Part shown: piece after piece, positions 37,036-48,815 of the stretch | Layout of the letters: each line of letters starts with the position of its first letter | Position numbering within the stretch: the stretch's first letter is position 1 | Assembly: GCA_964016885.1 (NCBI GenBank) | Contig: OZ024741.1 | Span: 253,890,001-253,954,000 of the forward strand | DNA length: 64,000 nt | Reading direction: 5' to 3' | Source: Eledone cirrhosa | Lineage: Eukaryota | Position numbers and translations under genes: made by a program | Notes under the pieces: model-generated | The model's database searches: none | What the model was told of the DNA's origin: nothing | What the model saw: only the letters and a program-made list of their open reading frames with translations

Positions 37036-40000
37036 CTACAGGCTGATATAGAGAGAAGGCCCATTCACTCGGGCCATTCTCGCCACTTTCACCCACCTTT
37101 CATAAAACTTGCTGGGGTACAGCACCTCTCTCTCCATCCTGATTCTTCTTCCAAAGTGGTATTTGAAAAAAAGAATCAGTTGTTGGCCGGAGAGAAAGGT
37201 GTCTGACCTCAGCCCTTTCAACCTTGTCCACGATACAACCTCTTTCGCCATAGCTATCACACAAAGGAAAACCGCCTCTCATTCGTTTTTGAAGGAGGGT
37301 GGCGGTTTGATCATGACAATGGAATCGGTGGTCAACTGGATTGGTCCCACCCGCGACAATAGTCGTTCTACATAGCCCCACAGGTCAGTGACGCCCGGGC
37401 AGTGTATGAATGCGTGCGCGACGGTTTCTTCGTCTCGCACGCACCTCGGACAGATCTTTTTTGCAGGGTCCCTGCCCGGGCGCCCATGTCTGTAGAGCTT
37501 GTCTCGAACTGGTAGAGCTCCTCGGTAGCACTGCCAGGCCAGGGACTTTTGGAAGTTGTCCATTGGTCCCGGGCGGAAGGTCCTACCGAACAGACTGGCC
37601 AGTTCATCTTCCTCCACGCCTAGAGTTTCACCGAGCGCGTCGTCGCACTTGCTGCGGACCAACCCTCTATAGAATGACGAAGTGGAGTCTCCACTGATCG
37701 CCGGGTCCGCCTGCCAGAGGGCTGTGAGCGCCTGAGCACATTCGATGTGCCAGTCGCCCATTTTCCTCGGTCTCTGCTTGACCCAGGACTGCAGCTCGGT
37801 CAGCGAGACGAGTCGTGGGAAGGCTCGCCTCACGAATGGGGCCCACACCGGTTGTCCGGTGAGGAATACGTAGAGATGCCGCAGCCTGAGCGCGTGTTTG
37901 CGCATCGTCAACCACGGCATCCCCAGCCCTCCGTTAGAAGGGTGTTGGCAGCAGATGGATCTTCTTACCAAAGGAGCCCGCCTCTTCCAAAGGAATCGGA
38001 AGAGGGCGCGCTCCATTTTGGCGAGCATTTTGGCTGGACAAGGCACGACGGTCAAGCGGTAGTAGATGGCGGACGCTATAAAAGTGTTCGCCACCTCCGC
38101 TCGACCTTTCAAGGATAGTTTGCACTCGGCCCACTTCTGGGTGAGTGCAAACACCTTGGCCGTCACTTCGTTCCAGTTCTTCTCCACCTGGAGGTCCGGA
38201 CCAAACCAGACCCCGAGCAGCTTTACCGGTCCTTCCGTCCAGCGTCCGACGACGCCATCGGAAGGCATCGGTCTGCCTCTCCACGATCCGAGTTGCAAAC
38301 CGATGGACTTGTCCCGGTTCAGCTTCGCTCCTGTGAGACTTTCGTATTCCTTTAGTAAGGTGCCGACTTCCTCAATTTGCGAGGCGCTCGACACCATTAC
38401 TGTCACGTCGTCGGCGTAAGCCGACGCCGCTTTCCGCAGTCCCGGTTCCAGAGGGATGCCCTGCAATAGCTCCATCTTCCGCAGTAGTGGCTCGAGAGTC
38501 AGTACGTACAGAAGGGAGGAGAGAGGGCATCCCTGTCGAATGGATCGCGTAATATGGAACGGCTCCGAGAGGTAACCGTTCACCTTGACCCTTGAGCAGA
38601 TGTTGCTGTTGTGCATTGCAGCAATCCAGCCCCTGAACACGCGTCCGAAGCCTGCCGCCTCGAGCACCGCATCCAGGTAACGATGGTCAACCCTATCGAA
38701 AGCCTTAGACTGATCCAAGTTGATCAGGGCCCCACCGAAGCCGGGTTTACACCCTACCCTCTCTATGATGTATCGCATGAGGTGGAGGTTGTCGTGTATG
38801 GACCTGGTCGGGATCGCGCATGTCTGCGCTTCTCCCACCAGGTTCTCGACGACAAGCGCCAGCCTCTTTGCCAACACCTTGGCCAAAATCTGTAACTCTG
38901 TGTTTAGCAGAGTTATGGGCCGGAAGTTGCCTATGTCATCCCCCTTATTCTCGTCCTTCCTGATTAGTGTGACCACGCCCCCGGTTACAGAACTGGGAAT
39001 TCTCCCGTTCTGTTGCCAGTTGCAGTAGACCGCTTCCAGGAGACCGGAGAATAAGTCCGGCATTGCTACGTAAAATTCGTAGGGTAGACCGTCGAGACCT
39101 GGAGATTTGCGTTTGCCGCATTGGCTCAGCGCGTCCCCTATCTCAGTGGCTGAAATCGGCTTTTCGCAGAACTTCGCCTCGCTGTCCGAGAGTCGCGGTA
39201 GGCCGTCGAGGTATGGACCGAAATCCATAGCCTCTCCCGGCGCGCCGCTCCCCCCGAACAGCCGAGCAAAGTGCCGCTGAAAAGCTGCACACATCTGCTT
39301 CGGCTCACGTATCACGCGTCCGTTTTGGTCCTTCAAAGACCGAATCGTGGACTTGTTGCCACTTTTTGCCTCCGTCACTCGGGCCCAGCTAACAGCTTTG
39401 GCTCCCTCGTTTCCCAGAGCACGTATTTTGCTTCTGACAACGCAGCCCTCGTGCTTTGCGTCGAAGAACTGGTCCAAGGCCGTTCTCGTTGCTAGCACGC
39501 TGGCTACGTTGCCACTTCTAATTGCCTCTTCTACTTTATCTACCAGTTCCTTCTCGGTTCTATTTCTATCTAACGCTAATTCTTTACTAAAAACTATCGA
39601 GTCTAATCTAACTGCCCTCTTGAGAGAGTACCACCATCTGTTGTTGACAATGCCCCCTGTCAAGTGCTGTTTAACTAAAGTGCTAATCCGTCTACTGTAG
39701 GCTTTGCTTGTCGGTAACGACAAGTTCAGCTTCCAGTAGCCGGGTCCTTGTCTATGGGTTCTATCAAGGTTGGCCATGCAGGTCACTAGTTTGTGATCTG
39801 AATAGGCAACCATGAACATTTGTGGACAGCTTAACATGTCCCTATCCTTATTTCTAACTAGAACCCTATCTAGGTACGATCTAGATGTTCCGCTACGATT
39901 ACTCCACGTCCACAGTGGCGCAGTCGGAAAATCTAGTCGATATCTATCGGCCAGGTCAAATCGGCCGATTAACTGTTTGAGGCTGTTACACCCCCCTTTA

Positions 40001-40473
40001 TCGGGACATGCTCCCACATAGTCTCAACGTGCATCTATGATTCCATTCCAGTCCCCCACTAAAAGCAAGGAGCGGGACGTTCCCAGAAAAGTCTCTAGAC
40101 GTTTGAAGAAGTCTGGCCGCGGTGTCCCGGATGGGGCATATGCGGCCACCAGCCTGAACGCTCCACCTTCACTACCGTCAACGTCTAGGACCACCAGTCG
40201 ACCCTCCGGGTCCAGATGTACCGTCTGTGTTACGAGGCCCAGGTGTTTCCGCAGCAAAACGGCAACTCCGCCCCCACCCACCGGTTGACAGAGAGATGCG
40301 TAGATCTCAAAGTCATCGAAGATGGGGGCCAGCTGTCGCTCGCCGTGGATCCTGGACTCGCAAATGGCTACCACATCCAAACTGTGCGACCTGAGGTCGT
40401 TTAAGAGTTTGCCCTGTTTCCAGGGCATCCCCAGGCCGCGTACGTTCACACATCCAACTCTTATATTGGCCAT
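37036..40473 (-). pseudogene. Copy C ORF2 (APE endonuclease-RT-CCHC zinc finger) with two premature TGA codons
   Basis: The three track ORFs (40024-40473, 37279-40017, 37036-37260) are in one frame. Total 3,438 bp, the same length as the intact ORF2 of copy E. Confidence 0.9.
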
Positions 40474-40506
40474 GTTGGTGCTGAAAAGTTAAAAGAGGAA
40501 AAGAGA

Positions 40507-41937
40507 TCACTCACCCTTCGCCTCCTGGGGACCAGGCCGCACGATTTCCATGGGGGTGTTGGAGGGGTTGTCTGGATGGGTGGTGGTTTCCGGCGGGGTG
40601 GGGACGAAGATGTTTGGTGGGGTGGGGTCTGGTGGGATGGGGGTGTCTGGGGTGGGGAGGCATTTGAGAAGGACGCGGTTGAGTGGTTTCACGCAGGATT
40701 TCCCCACATCCTTCTCAAATGTTTCTTTTAGGGACCTATAAGTTTGTATAGGGACCCTAATCAGTTTTAGGTTCAGTTTTTTGCTATTTTTTATAGAGTG
40801 GGCGAAAGTTTTCCCTTCGGTGAAAACCGAAGGGTCGTTCGTGATGGTCTCCATTAGTGTTTTGTTTTCAGTGTTTATGTAAGTGTAAGTGTAATTTTCT
40901 TGTGTTGTGTTTGTTTTTGTCTGTAGTTCTTGTGTGTGCTTTCGTTTTGTTGTAGGTATTTTGTTTTCAGGAGGTGGGGGTTTTGTTTGTGATATTTTTG
41001 TTGTTTGTGTTGGTGGTTGTATGTTTGTGGTAGTGTTTGCTATTTTTTTGCTTTTGTGATGTCTTTTCTTTCTTTTCGAGCGATGGGGTTCTCCCTCGTC
41101 TTCACTGGGTGATGGCGAGATAGCCTCATCTGTTGTATCGTCTGTGTGATTGGGGAGGGGTATGTCTTGGGGAGCTGTTGTGTCTGTATGTGATTTTGCA
41201 GTGGTTTTAGGTGGAGTGAGGTTGGGTGGGACTGTGTTTGTTGTGGTTATTTTTGTGTGTTGGTGTTGTTGTTGTTGTTGTGGTGGTGTTGGTGGTTGTG
41301 TTGTTTTGATGGGTGTCGGCAGAAGAGCCTTTTTTTGGTTCATTAGTTTAGGACAGGAAGCCCTCAGGTGACCCCTGCTAAAGCAATGGTAACATGAAGG
41401 CCGCCTACCCTCAACCGAAAGGTTTATGTAGGTAAGTCCGTCCAGGAGTACACGCTGTGGGATCATAGCTATTCGCTCTGGGCTCATTTGCACCAGAACT
41501 TCAATGCTAGTCCCATTGAATACATCTCTGGGGGACTTGCCTACTGACAGTATTCTGTCTTCATCAAAATTGATGAAGCCGCACAGTATCCACCATATGT
41601 TCACCTTTGGTGTGACACTTGTGATTCTGATCTTTTGTGTCCTTTTTCCCATGTATGTAGGGAAAAAGGTGTACAGGTTGGATACAATTGGCGACACAGA
41701 GTAATTTTGGGCCGTCAATTGATCCTTCATCAGTACCGAAATACTCCCAAAAAGTTTGCTTCTTTGAATGAATGCAATATCATTCATTGAATCTTTGAAA
41801 ACCAGTTCAATATCTTTCTGTGACAATTGGACTGGTTTTCGGGTAGAATTGGAAACTGTCCTAAAAACTATCGTTTTGAGAGCAGTTTCCTTGCGAATTT
41901 CTACCGGAGAATTGATGCTGAAAGCACCATTTTTTTC
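40507..41937 (-). pseudogene. Copy C ORF1 (gag-like, CCHC zinc knuckle), N-terminally truncated
   Basis: CYHCFSRGHLRASC knuckle. The frame stays open upstream of the track start (EKNGAFSINSPVEIRKETALKTIVFRT), aligning to copy E ORF1. Confidence 0.85.
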
Positions 41938-41951
41938 GATAGATAGATAAG

Positions 41952-42949
41952 TTTCTTTTATTTGCCACTAGGGCATCAAAAGTGGGACAAGTACAAAGGG
42001 GGGAGTTTACACAAAAAGGCGTCCTCAATAAGGAGGAGGCAATAACAAAATATAAAAATAAAATAAGATATAACAAAAAATAAAATTTTTAACAAAATCC
42101 TCAATAGAGAGGAGGCGCCTTGGGGAGTCGCACACACCCCCGAAAAAAGTGTGCAACCCTTTTCCTCAGGAGCACAGAGAGGGGGTGCTCCCTCGTTCCT
42201 TCCTCTTTTCCACCTACAGGCTTATGTAAAGAGAAGGCCCATTCACACGGGCCATTCTCGCCACTTTCACCCACCTTTCATAAAAACGACTGGGGTGCAG
42301 CACCTCTCTCTCCATCCTGATCCTTCTTCCGAAATGATATCGGAAGAAACGGACCAGTTGTTGGCCAGAGAGAAAGGTGCCTGACCTCAGTCCTTTCAGA
42401 CGCGTCCACCATACAACCTCTTTCGCCATGGCTATTACGCACAGAAACACCGCCTCTGCTTCATCTTTGAAGGGGGGAGGCGGCTTGATCATTACAATAG
42501 ACTCGGTGGTCAACCGGATCGGTCCCACCCTTGACAGCAGTTGTTCGACATAGCCCCACAGATCGGCTACGCCCGAGCAGTGTACCAATGCGTGTGCAAC
42601 GGTTTCCTCGTCGCACACGCATCTGGGACAGATCTTTTTGGCGGGGTCCCTACCCGGGCGCCCGTGTCTGTAGAGCCTTTCTCGAACGGGTAAAGCCCCT
42701 CGGTAGCACTGCCAGGCCAGGGACTTCTGGAAGTTGTCCATAGGTCCCGGGCTGAATGTCCTACCGAACAGGCTGGCCAGTTCGTCCTCCTCCATGTCTA
42801 GGGCTTCTCCAAGGGCGTCGTCGCACCTGCTGCGTACCAGCCCTCTATAGAGTCTCCACTGATAACCGGATCCGCCTGCCAGAGGGCGGTGAGCGCCTGG
42901 GCACACTCAGTGTGCCAGGCGCCCAGTTTTCTCGGTCTCTGCTTGACCC
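41952..42949 (-). mobile_element. Tx1 copy D (3'-terminal ~1 kb, distinct subfamily)
   Basis: ORF2 C-terminus CPRCVCDEETVAHALVHC; 3' UTR differs from C and E; GATA junctions. Confidence 0.9.
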
Positions 42950-42953
42950 TTTC

Positions 42954-42984
<31 letters not shown>

Positions 42985-43198
42985 TTCTTTATTTACCATA
43001 AAGGCATAAAAAGAAGGGACAAATACAAAGGGGGAGTTTACATATAATCGAGTAAAAAGGGTGTAACATGAAAATAATCGAAAATAACCTCAAAAGGGAG
43101 GGGACGTGATGGGGGTTGCACACACCCCCGAAAAAGTGTGCAATCCTTTGCCCGGGGAGCACATGGAGAAGGTGCTCCCCTCTCCTTTACTTCTTTAC

Positions 43199-46100
43199 CT
43201 ACAGGATGGTATACAGAGAAGGCCCATTTACACGAGCCATTCTCGCCACTATCACCCACCTTTCATAAAACTGCCTGTGGCCAAGCACCTCTCTCTCCAT
43301 TCTTATCCTTCTTCCGAAGTGATATCGGAAGAAGTAGACCAGACTATGGCCAGAGAGGAAGTTGCCTGACCTCAGACCTTTCAATCGTGTCCACCAAACA
43401 ACCTCTTTCAACATGGCTATTACGCACAGAAAAACCGCCTTTGCTTCCTTTGTGAAGAGGGGAGGCGGTTTGATTGTCATCACGGACTCGGCGGTCAATT
43501 TAATCGGCGCCACCTGCGACAGCAGTCGTTCGGTGTAGCCCCACAGATCAGCCACGCCCGGACATTGCACCAATGCGTGCGCAACGGTTTCTTCGTGACG
43601 CACGCATCTAGGGCAAATCTTTTTTGAGGGATCCCTGCCCGGGCGCCCGTGTCTGTAGAGCCTCTCTCGAACGGGTAGAGCACCCCGGTAGCACTGCCAG
43701 GCCAGTGACTTCTGGAAGTTGTCCATTGGTCCTGGGCCGAAAGTCCTACCGAACAGGCTGGCCAGTTCGTCTTCTTCCATGTCCAGCGACTCTCCAAGGG
43801 TGTCATCGCCCCTGCTAGCCACCAGCCCTCTATAGAATGATGAGGTGGATTCTCCACCGATGGCCTGGCCCGCTTGCCAGAGAGCCCTGAGCGCCTGAGC
43901 ACACTCAGTGTGCCAGTCTCCCAGTTTTCCGGATCTTTTCTTGACCCAGGACTGTAGCTCGGTGAGCGAGACGAGTCTCGGAAAGGCTCGTTTCACGAAC
44001 GGAGCCCACACCGGTTGACCAGTGAGGAATACCTGTAGGTGCCGTAGCCTTAATGCGTGCCTACGCATCATCAACCACGGCATCCCCAGCCCTCCTTTCG
44101 AAGGTTGTTGGCAGCAGATGGATCTTCTCACCATAGGAGGGCGCTTCTTCCAAAGAAATTGGAAGAGCATGCGTTCCATGGTGGTGACTGTTTCCTTAGG
44201 GCAAGGCACGACAGTCAGGCGGTAGTAAGTGACGGACGCTATGTAAATGTTCGCCACCTCCGCCCGGCCTTTTAGGGACAGCTTACACTTGGCCCATTTC
44301 TGGGTTAGTGCAAACACCTTGTTCGTAACCTCGTTCCAGTTCTTTTCCACCTGGAGGTCCGGTCCAAACCAGACCCCAAGCAACTTTACCGGGCCCTCCG
44401 TCCAGTGTCCGACGACACCGTCAGGAGGCATCGGTCTGCCTCTCCACGTTCCGAGTTGCAGCCCGATGGATTTTTCCCGGTTCAGTTTCGCTCCTGACAA
44501 CCTTTCGTACTCCTCCAGTAAGGTACCGATCGCCTCGATCTCCGAGTCGGTCGATACCATTACTGTTACGTCATCGGCGTAGGCCGACACCGCTTTGCTC
44601 AATCCTGGTTCCAGGGGGATACCCTGCAACAACTCCAACTTCCTCAGTAAAGGCTCGAGAGTCAATACGTACAGAAGGGAGGAGAGAGGGCACCCCTGTC
44701 GAATGGATCGTGTGATTTCGAACGGCTTCGAAAGGTAGCCGTTCACCTTGATCCTAGAACAGATGTGGTTGCTATGTAGGGCAGTGATCCAGCCTCTGAA
44801 AACAGGACCGAACCCAGCCGCCGCTAGCACCGCATCCAGGTAACCATGGTCGACCCTATCGAAGGCCTTAGACTGATCCAAGTTGATCAGGGCCCCACCG
44901 AAACCGGGTTTGTTGCCAACCCTCTCTATGATGTATCGCATGAGGTGGAGGTTATCGTGAATGGACCTGGATGGGATAGCACATGTCTGCGCATCTCCCA
45001 CCAGGCCACCCACGACAAGCGCCAACCTCTTTGCTAACACCTTGGCCAAAATCTTTAACTCTGTGTTTAGCAGGGTTATGGGCCGAAAATTATTTATACT
45101 ATCCCCCTTGTTCTCGTCCTTCCTCACCAGCGTGACTACGCCCTTGGCTACAGAACAAGGAATTCTCCCGTTCTGCTGCCAATTGCAGTAGACCGCTTCG
45201 AGGAGTTCGGAGAAGAAGACCGGCATTGCTAAATAAAGTTCGTAAGGTATACCATCGAGACCTGGAGATTTGCGTCTGCTGCATTGGCTCAGCGCATCTC
45301 CGATCTCATCAGCCGAGATTGGTCCCTCGCAGGACTCTGCCTCTTCGCTCGAGAGACGCGGCAGGCCGTCGAGGTATGGACCGAAATCCACGCCCCCGCC
45401 CGGACCCTCCCCTCCCCCGAACAATCGGGCAAAGTGCCTTTGAAAGGCCTCGCACATCTGCTTAGGCTCCCGGATCACCCGTCCATCTTCGTCTTGCAAC
45501 GACCGGATGGTGGATCGATTTCCACTCTTAGCTTCTGTCACGCGGGCCCATCCAACGGCTTTGGCCCCCTCATTACCTAGAGCACGTATTTTACTTCGAA
45601 TGACGCAGCCTTCGTGCTTTGCATCGAAAAACTGGTTCAAAGCCGTCCTCGATGCCAGCACTCTGGCCACATCTTCGCTCTTGATTGCCTCTTCTAATTT
45701 ACCTGTTAATTCTTTCTCGTTTCTATTCCTATCGGCAGCTAACATCTTGCTATAACTTATTGATTCTGTTCTAATCTCTCTTTTGAGAGATGCCCACCAT
45801 CGGTTGTTGACGATTGCACCCGTCAACCTCTCCTTAACTAATCTGCTAATCCGGTTTCTGTAAGTCTCTTTTGCCGGTAAAGACAAATTAAGTTTCCAGT
45901 AACCGGGACCCTGTCTATGTGTTTTCTCGAGATTGACCACGCAGGTCACTAATTTGTGATCCGTGTAGCCAACCGTGCGCATTTCTGGACAGCTTAATAT
46001 GTCCCTATCCTTACTTCTAACTAAGAATCTATCTAAGTACGATCTAGATTGACCACTGTGGTTTCTCCAAGTCCAGGTAGGCACAGTTGGAAAATCTAGT

Positions 46101-46636
46101 CGATATCTATCGACCAAGTTAAAACGGTCGAGTAACCCCTTGAGGCTGTTACACCCCCCTCTATTAGGACATGCTCCTGCATAGTCCCAACGTGCATCCA
46201 GGATGTCATTCCAATCCCCCGCTAGAAGCAGGGAACGCGACGTTCCCAGAAAAGTCTCCAAACGCTGGAAGAAGTCGGGCCGTTCAGCTCCGAAAGGGGA
46301 GTAGACGGCGACCAGTCTCAAGGCCGCACTTTCACTACTGCCAACGTCTAGCACCAACAAACGACCCTCCGGGTCCGAGTGCACAACCTGTACGGCAAGA
46401 CCCAGGTGTTTTTGCAGCAGTACGACAACCCCACCCCCACCTCCAGGTTGACAGATAGATGCATGCACCTCAAAGTCATCGAAGGTGGGGGCCAGCTGCC
46501 GCACGACGCTGATTCGAGTCTCACAGATAACCATTACATTTATACTACATGACCTGAGGTCATTTAGAAGCTTTGCTTGCTTCCAAGTTGAGCCCAGGCC
46601 ACGTGCATTCAAACATCCTACTCTTAACACATCCAT
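43199..46636 (-). CDS. Tx1 ORF2: APE endonuclease, reverse transcriptase, C-terminal CCHC zinc finger (1,145 aa)
   Basis: EN motifs CLNARGL, ICETRI, VAVYSP, GDWN, YLDR, TDH. RT motifs FRPITLLN, LDQSKAFDRV, IRQGCPLS, YADD, LGVWF. Zinc finger CPRC..ETVAHALVQC. Confidence 0.95.
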   Translation of the reverse strand: MDVLRVGCLNARGLGSTWKQAKLLNDLRSCSINVMVICETRISVVRQLAPTFDDFEVHASICQPGGGGGVVVLLQKHLGLAVQVVHSDPEGRLLVLDVGSSESAALRLVAVYSPFGAERPDFFQRLETFLGTSRSLLLAGDWNDILDARWDYAGACPNRGGCNSLKGLLDRFNLVDRYRLDFPTVPTWTWRNHSGQSRSYLDRFLVRSKDRDILSCPEMRTVGYTDHKLVTCVVNLEKTHRQGPGYWKLNLSLPAKETYRNRISRLVKERLTGAIVNNRWWASLKREIRTESISYSKMLAADRNRNEKELTGKLEEAIKSEDVARVLASRTALNQFFDAKHEGCVIRSKIRALGNEGAKAVGWARVTEAKSGNRSTIRSLQDEDGRVIREPKQMCEAFQRHFARLFGGGEGPGGGVDFGPYLDGLPRLSSEEAESCEGPISADEIGDALSQCSRRKSPGLDGIPYELYLAMPVFFSELLEAVYCNWQQNGRIPCSVAKGVVTLVRKDENKGDSINNFRPITLLNTELKILAKVLAKRLALVVGGLVGDAQTCAIPSRSIHDNLHLMRYIIERVGNKPGFGGALINLDQSKAFDRVDHGYLDAVLAAAGFGPVFRGWITALHSNHICSRIKVNGYLSKPFEITRSIRQGCPLSSLLYVLTLEPLLRKLELLQGIPLEPGLSKAVSAYADDVTVMVSTDSEIEAIGTLLEEYERLSGAKLNREKSIGLQLGTWRGRPMPPDGVVGHWTEGPVKLLGVWFGPDLQVEKNWNEVTNKVFALTQKWAKCKLSLKGRAEVANIYIASVTYYRLTVVPCPKETVTTMERMLFQFLWKKRPPMVRRSICCQQPSKGGLGMPWLMMRRHALRLRHLQVFLTGQPVWAPFVKRAFPRLVSLTELQSWVKKRSGKLGDWHTECAQALRALWQAGQAIGGESTSSFYRGLVASRGDDTLGESLDMEEDELASLFGRTFGPGPMDNFQKSLAWQCYRGALPVRERLYRHGRPGRDPSKKICPRCVRHEETVAHALVQCPGVADLWGYTERLLSQVAPIKLTAESVMTIKPPPLFTKEAKAVFLCVIAMLKEVVWWTRLKGLRSGNFLSGHSLVYFFRYHFGRRIRMEREVLGHRQFYERWVIVARMARVNGPSLYTIL

Positions 46637-46669
46637 GTGGGCGGCAGAGCCAAAGGAGAGTGTAGAGAC

Positions 46670-48574
46670 CTACCTTTCCGCTTCCCGGGGTTCGGGTTGC
46701 ACGACTTCCATGGGGTCGGGGGTGTTGGGTGAAGGGGTGTCTTGTGGTGGTGTGGGGTCGTCAGTGTGTGGTGGGGTTGGGGTGTTTGGAGTTGTGTTGG
46801 GGAGGGGAAGGGGAGAGGGAAAGCTTTTTAGTAGGACGCGGTTTATGGGTTTGACAGAGGGTGGTCCTACGTCCTCCTTAAAATCCTTTTTTAGTTTTTG
46901 GTAGAGGTTCATTGGGATCTTTATTAGTTTTAAATGTGGGTAGTTTTCTGACGAAACAAAGTTTACACCTTCGGTTTGTACCGAAGGATTATTGTATATG
47001 AGTTCATTTAGTTTATTATTGTTTCTGTTGATGTAAGTATAGTGTAATGTCTTTTTTTCCGATGGTGTGAGTGTTTCGAAGAGGGGAGGGGCAGGTTTGG
47101 TTTTGTTTGTTGCTGGAGGGGTGTTTTCTGTTTTGTTGGATTGTGTTGAGATTTGGGAGGGGGTTGTTTGTCCTTGTGTGTTTTGCACATGTTTTCTTTT
47201 TTTCCTTTTAATCTGTCTGAAGGACTCCGTTTCTTCCTCCGAATTCGTTGGGTTATCTTCAGTGTTGGAGGGAAGAGGTATGTTTGCTGGTAATGTTTCC
47301 GTGTTGGTTTTCTTTGTGGGGGAGATGGATGTCACTATGTTAGACTGTGTTGTGTGTTGTGTCTGCGGTGGTTGTGTTGTTTTATTGAGTGAGGGGTTGG
47401 GTGGGCCTGTATTTTGTTTTGGGGTAATGTGTTGTGACTGTTTGTGTTGTGGTGGTGTTGTGGTTTTACTGAGGGACGGGTTGGGTGGGACTGAGTTTTG
47501 TTGTTTGTTTATCTGTTGTGGTGGTGGTGGTGGTGGAGCTGGTGTTGGTAGCAGGGTTTTCTTTTTGTTGAGTTGGGGACAAGCGGCCTTCAGGTGCCCT
47601 CTGCCTGCACAGATATGGCAGGACGGCCTTCTCCCCTCCACGCTAATGTTTATATACCCGTGGTCCTCTAATAGGATTCTGTCGGGTATTTGGGCGATGC
47701 GTTCAGGCTTCATTTGCACTACCAGCTCTATACCTGTTCCACTGAACGCATTTCCTGTGGTTTTCCCAATGGAAATCACGTTGTCATTCACTGGATCGAT
47801 GAAGCCAGCTATGAGCCAGCAGTAGTCCACATCTGGCATCATTGCATCCAGCCATATGCGTTGAGTTCTTTTCCCCATATAAGATGGATAAAAGGTGAAA
47901 TTTTTCGAACGAATCGGTGACAAAGCACATTTTTTTGCCGCCGATTCGTTCTTCATGATAATTGCTAGGCTTCCATACAGTCTGTCTTTTCTTATGAAAG
48001 TGGTTTCATTAAGTACTTCTGTGAGTACTGTTTTGATATCTGCTTGAGAAGGCTGTTCAGGTTTTTTTGTACTGTTGTTGATGGTCCGAAACTTGACCGT
48101 TCGGCTTTCAATGTCTTTCGTGAATTCTTGAGGCATTTTTACCGATAAAATACCATTCTCTCCTTCACTTATGTATTGTTTGGTGTCCGTGATCCTTCGT
48201 ACCACATCTGAAATGTTTTCCGCTATATAAGTCAAAGATTTCTTTGTTTTCTGTGCAAATGAAATCTTGTCGTCTGCTTTGTTTTCTGATATGGTGTTAT
48301 TTTCAACTGTTATTTTTGTGTTTGTTGTGTCTTTGTTTGTGTTATTAGTATTGTCATGCAATTTTTCAAATTTTTTTTTTTCGTTGTTGGAATCCAAGTC
48401 CAGATTTGTGTTTTCGTCATTTAATTTTTTCTCCGCAGATTCGTCTGTTTTTATTTTAATTTTTCCTTCCTTCTCTATGACGTTAGTTGGGAAGGAAGGG
48501 AGGACTAAAGCGTGCGAGCTTACAACTCTTACCGCTGTCCCCCCACCACTATTTTCGTTCGCTGCGTTTAACAT
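46670..48574 (-). CDS. Tx1 ORF1: gag-like nucleic-acid-binding protein with CCHC zinc knuckle and P/T/Q-rich region (634 aa)
   Basis: ATG start; CHICAGRGHLKAAC (CX2CX4HX4C); lies immediately upstream of ORF2; homologous to ORF1 in copies A and C. Confidence 0.9.
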   Translation of the reverse strand: MLNAANENSGGGTAVRVVSSHALVLPSFPTNVIEKEGKIKIKTDESAEKKLNDENTNLDLDSNNEKKKFEKLHDNTNNTNKDTTNTKITVENNTISENKADDKISFAQKTKKSLTYIAENISDVVRRITDTKQYISEGENGILSVKMPQEFTKDIESRTVKFRTINNSTKKPEQPSQADIKTVLTEVLNETTFIRKDRLYGSLAIIMKNESAAKKCALSPIRSKNFTFYPSYMGKRTQRIWLDAMMPDVDYCWLIAGFIDPVNDNVISIGKTTGNAFSGTGIELVVQMKPERIAQIPDRILLEDHGYINISVEGRRPSCHICAGRGHLKAACPQLNKKKTLLPTPAPPPPPPQQINKQQNSVPPNPSLSKTTTPPQHKQSQHITPKQNTGPPNPSLNKTTQPPQTQHTTQSNIVTSISPTKKTNTETLPANIPLPSNTEDNPTNSEEETESFRQIKRKKRKHVQNTQGQTTPSQISTQSNKTENTPPATNKTKPAPPLFETLTPSEKKTLHYTYINRNNNKLNELIYNNPSVQTEGVNFVSSENYPHLKLIKIPMNLYQKLKKDFKEDVGPPSVKPINRVLLKSFPSPLPLPNTTPNTPTPPHTDDPTPPQDTPSPNTPDPMEVVQPEPREAER

Positions 48575-48815
48575 TTCTGTTAGACGATTGAAATTTGTTA
48601 CACAAAATTTTTTAAAACAGGTTTTTCACCTCTAGGAGGGGTAAAGATGAGCTGACCCACCGCCTGACAGTTCAGACGGAGGGTCAAGCTACACAATTGT
48701 ATCAAAATTAAGTTTGAACTCACAAAATTTCCTCAATAAATTTGAACAAAACTTCTGTGCGAAGTGAATGACATCCACACTGTAGAACAGACGACAGCTA
48801 GATTATATAGATATA

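Larger units (their letters stand above)
36798..41937 (-). mobile_element. Tx1 copy C (5'-truncated in ORF1; ORF2 has two in-frame stops)
   Basis: ORF1 is open from the junction to 40507. ORF2 spans 40473-37036 with TGA at 40024-40026 and 37279-37281. GATA at both junctions. Confidence 0.93.
42984..48799 (-). mobile_element. Tx1 copy E, apparently full-length and intact (~5.8 kb)
   Basis: 5' UTR ~48575-48799, ORF1 48574-46670, 33-bp spacer, ORF2 46636-43199, and a 3' UTR ending AATAAAGAAA-(TCTA)n. Confidence 0.93.
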
